From assembly GCA_951406725.2 (NCBI GenBank), contig OX597832.1, positions 52,948,001 through 53,012,000 of the forward strand: a stretch of DNA of 64,000 nt. Reading direction: 5' to 3'. The number at the start of each line of letters is the position of its first letter. Within the stretch, counting starts at the first letter, position 1. Position numbers and translations under genes: made by a program. Source of the DNA: Octopus vulgaris (taxonomy: Eukaryota). Of the stretch, positions 63,863 to 64,000 are shown in pieces. The notes below the pieces were generated by a model. The model saw only the letters and a list, made by a program, of their open reading frames with translations, searched no databases and was not told the origin of the DNA.

Positions 63863-64000
63863 TTTTTTTTTATTATTATTATTATTATCATGTGAGGGGT
63901 TGGAATTAACAAGATTAATGTTGGAACTCCCAGAAAATGAACTTTTATTTAGCAGATTGGTATTGTGAGAAGATATAATTTGTGAAAGATTCTTTGTGTT
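62830..64000 (-). mobile_element. Decayed Penelope-like retroelement (Neptune-type), 3' part: GIY-YIG endonuclease pseudogene plus 3' repeat with hammerhead
   Basis: Minus translation NLSQIISSHNTNLL...SIYQCKIS...FYIGTSSS*LSKRISNH...STGLSKLVWHLK...CNICNSE...LVN...KCKHWQK, ending near 63362; two in-frame stops. Confidence 0.85.
63007..63089 (-). ncRNA. Type I hammerhead ribozyme motif, canonical core
   Basis: Minus strand: CUUUC-CUGAUGA-GAAGAU...(inner hairpin UUUAUUCC/GGAAUAAA)...GUCUUC-GAA-ACAUAUGU-C-GAAAG; stems I and II pair, GUC cleavage triplet. Confidence 0.85.

Overview
AT-rich, microsatellite-dense eukaryotic genomic DNA. The repeat families suggest an octopus or other cephalopod (inference). 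Two spliced genes converge tail to tail. On the + strand are the last 18 coding exons (307..51037; 983 aa in frame, all GT-AG, phases consistent) of an adenylate kinase 9 (AK9)-like gene. On the - strand are the last two exons of an ENPP4/5-like ectonucleotide pyrophosphatase/phosphodiesterase (62729..62496 and 56783..56596). Introns are packed with tRNA-derived SINEs, RTE/CR1/R4-Dong/CRE non-LTR fragments, mariner, piggyBac-like and Helitron-type non-autonomous elements, two decayed Penelope-like (GIY-YIG) elements and several fold-back insertions. The most notable unannotated signal is about 10 hammerhead-ribozyme motifs. One has a canonical core, sits at the 3' end of a Penelope element and is sense to the ENPP pre-mRNA (63007..63089). 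Another is fused to a tRNA-like Pol III head in a TSD-flanked insertion in the last AK9 intron (49704..50048). All calls were read by eye; no database searches were run.
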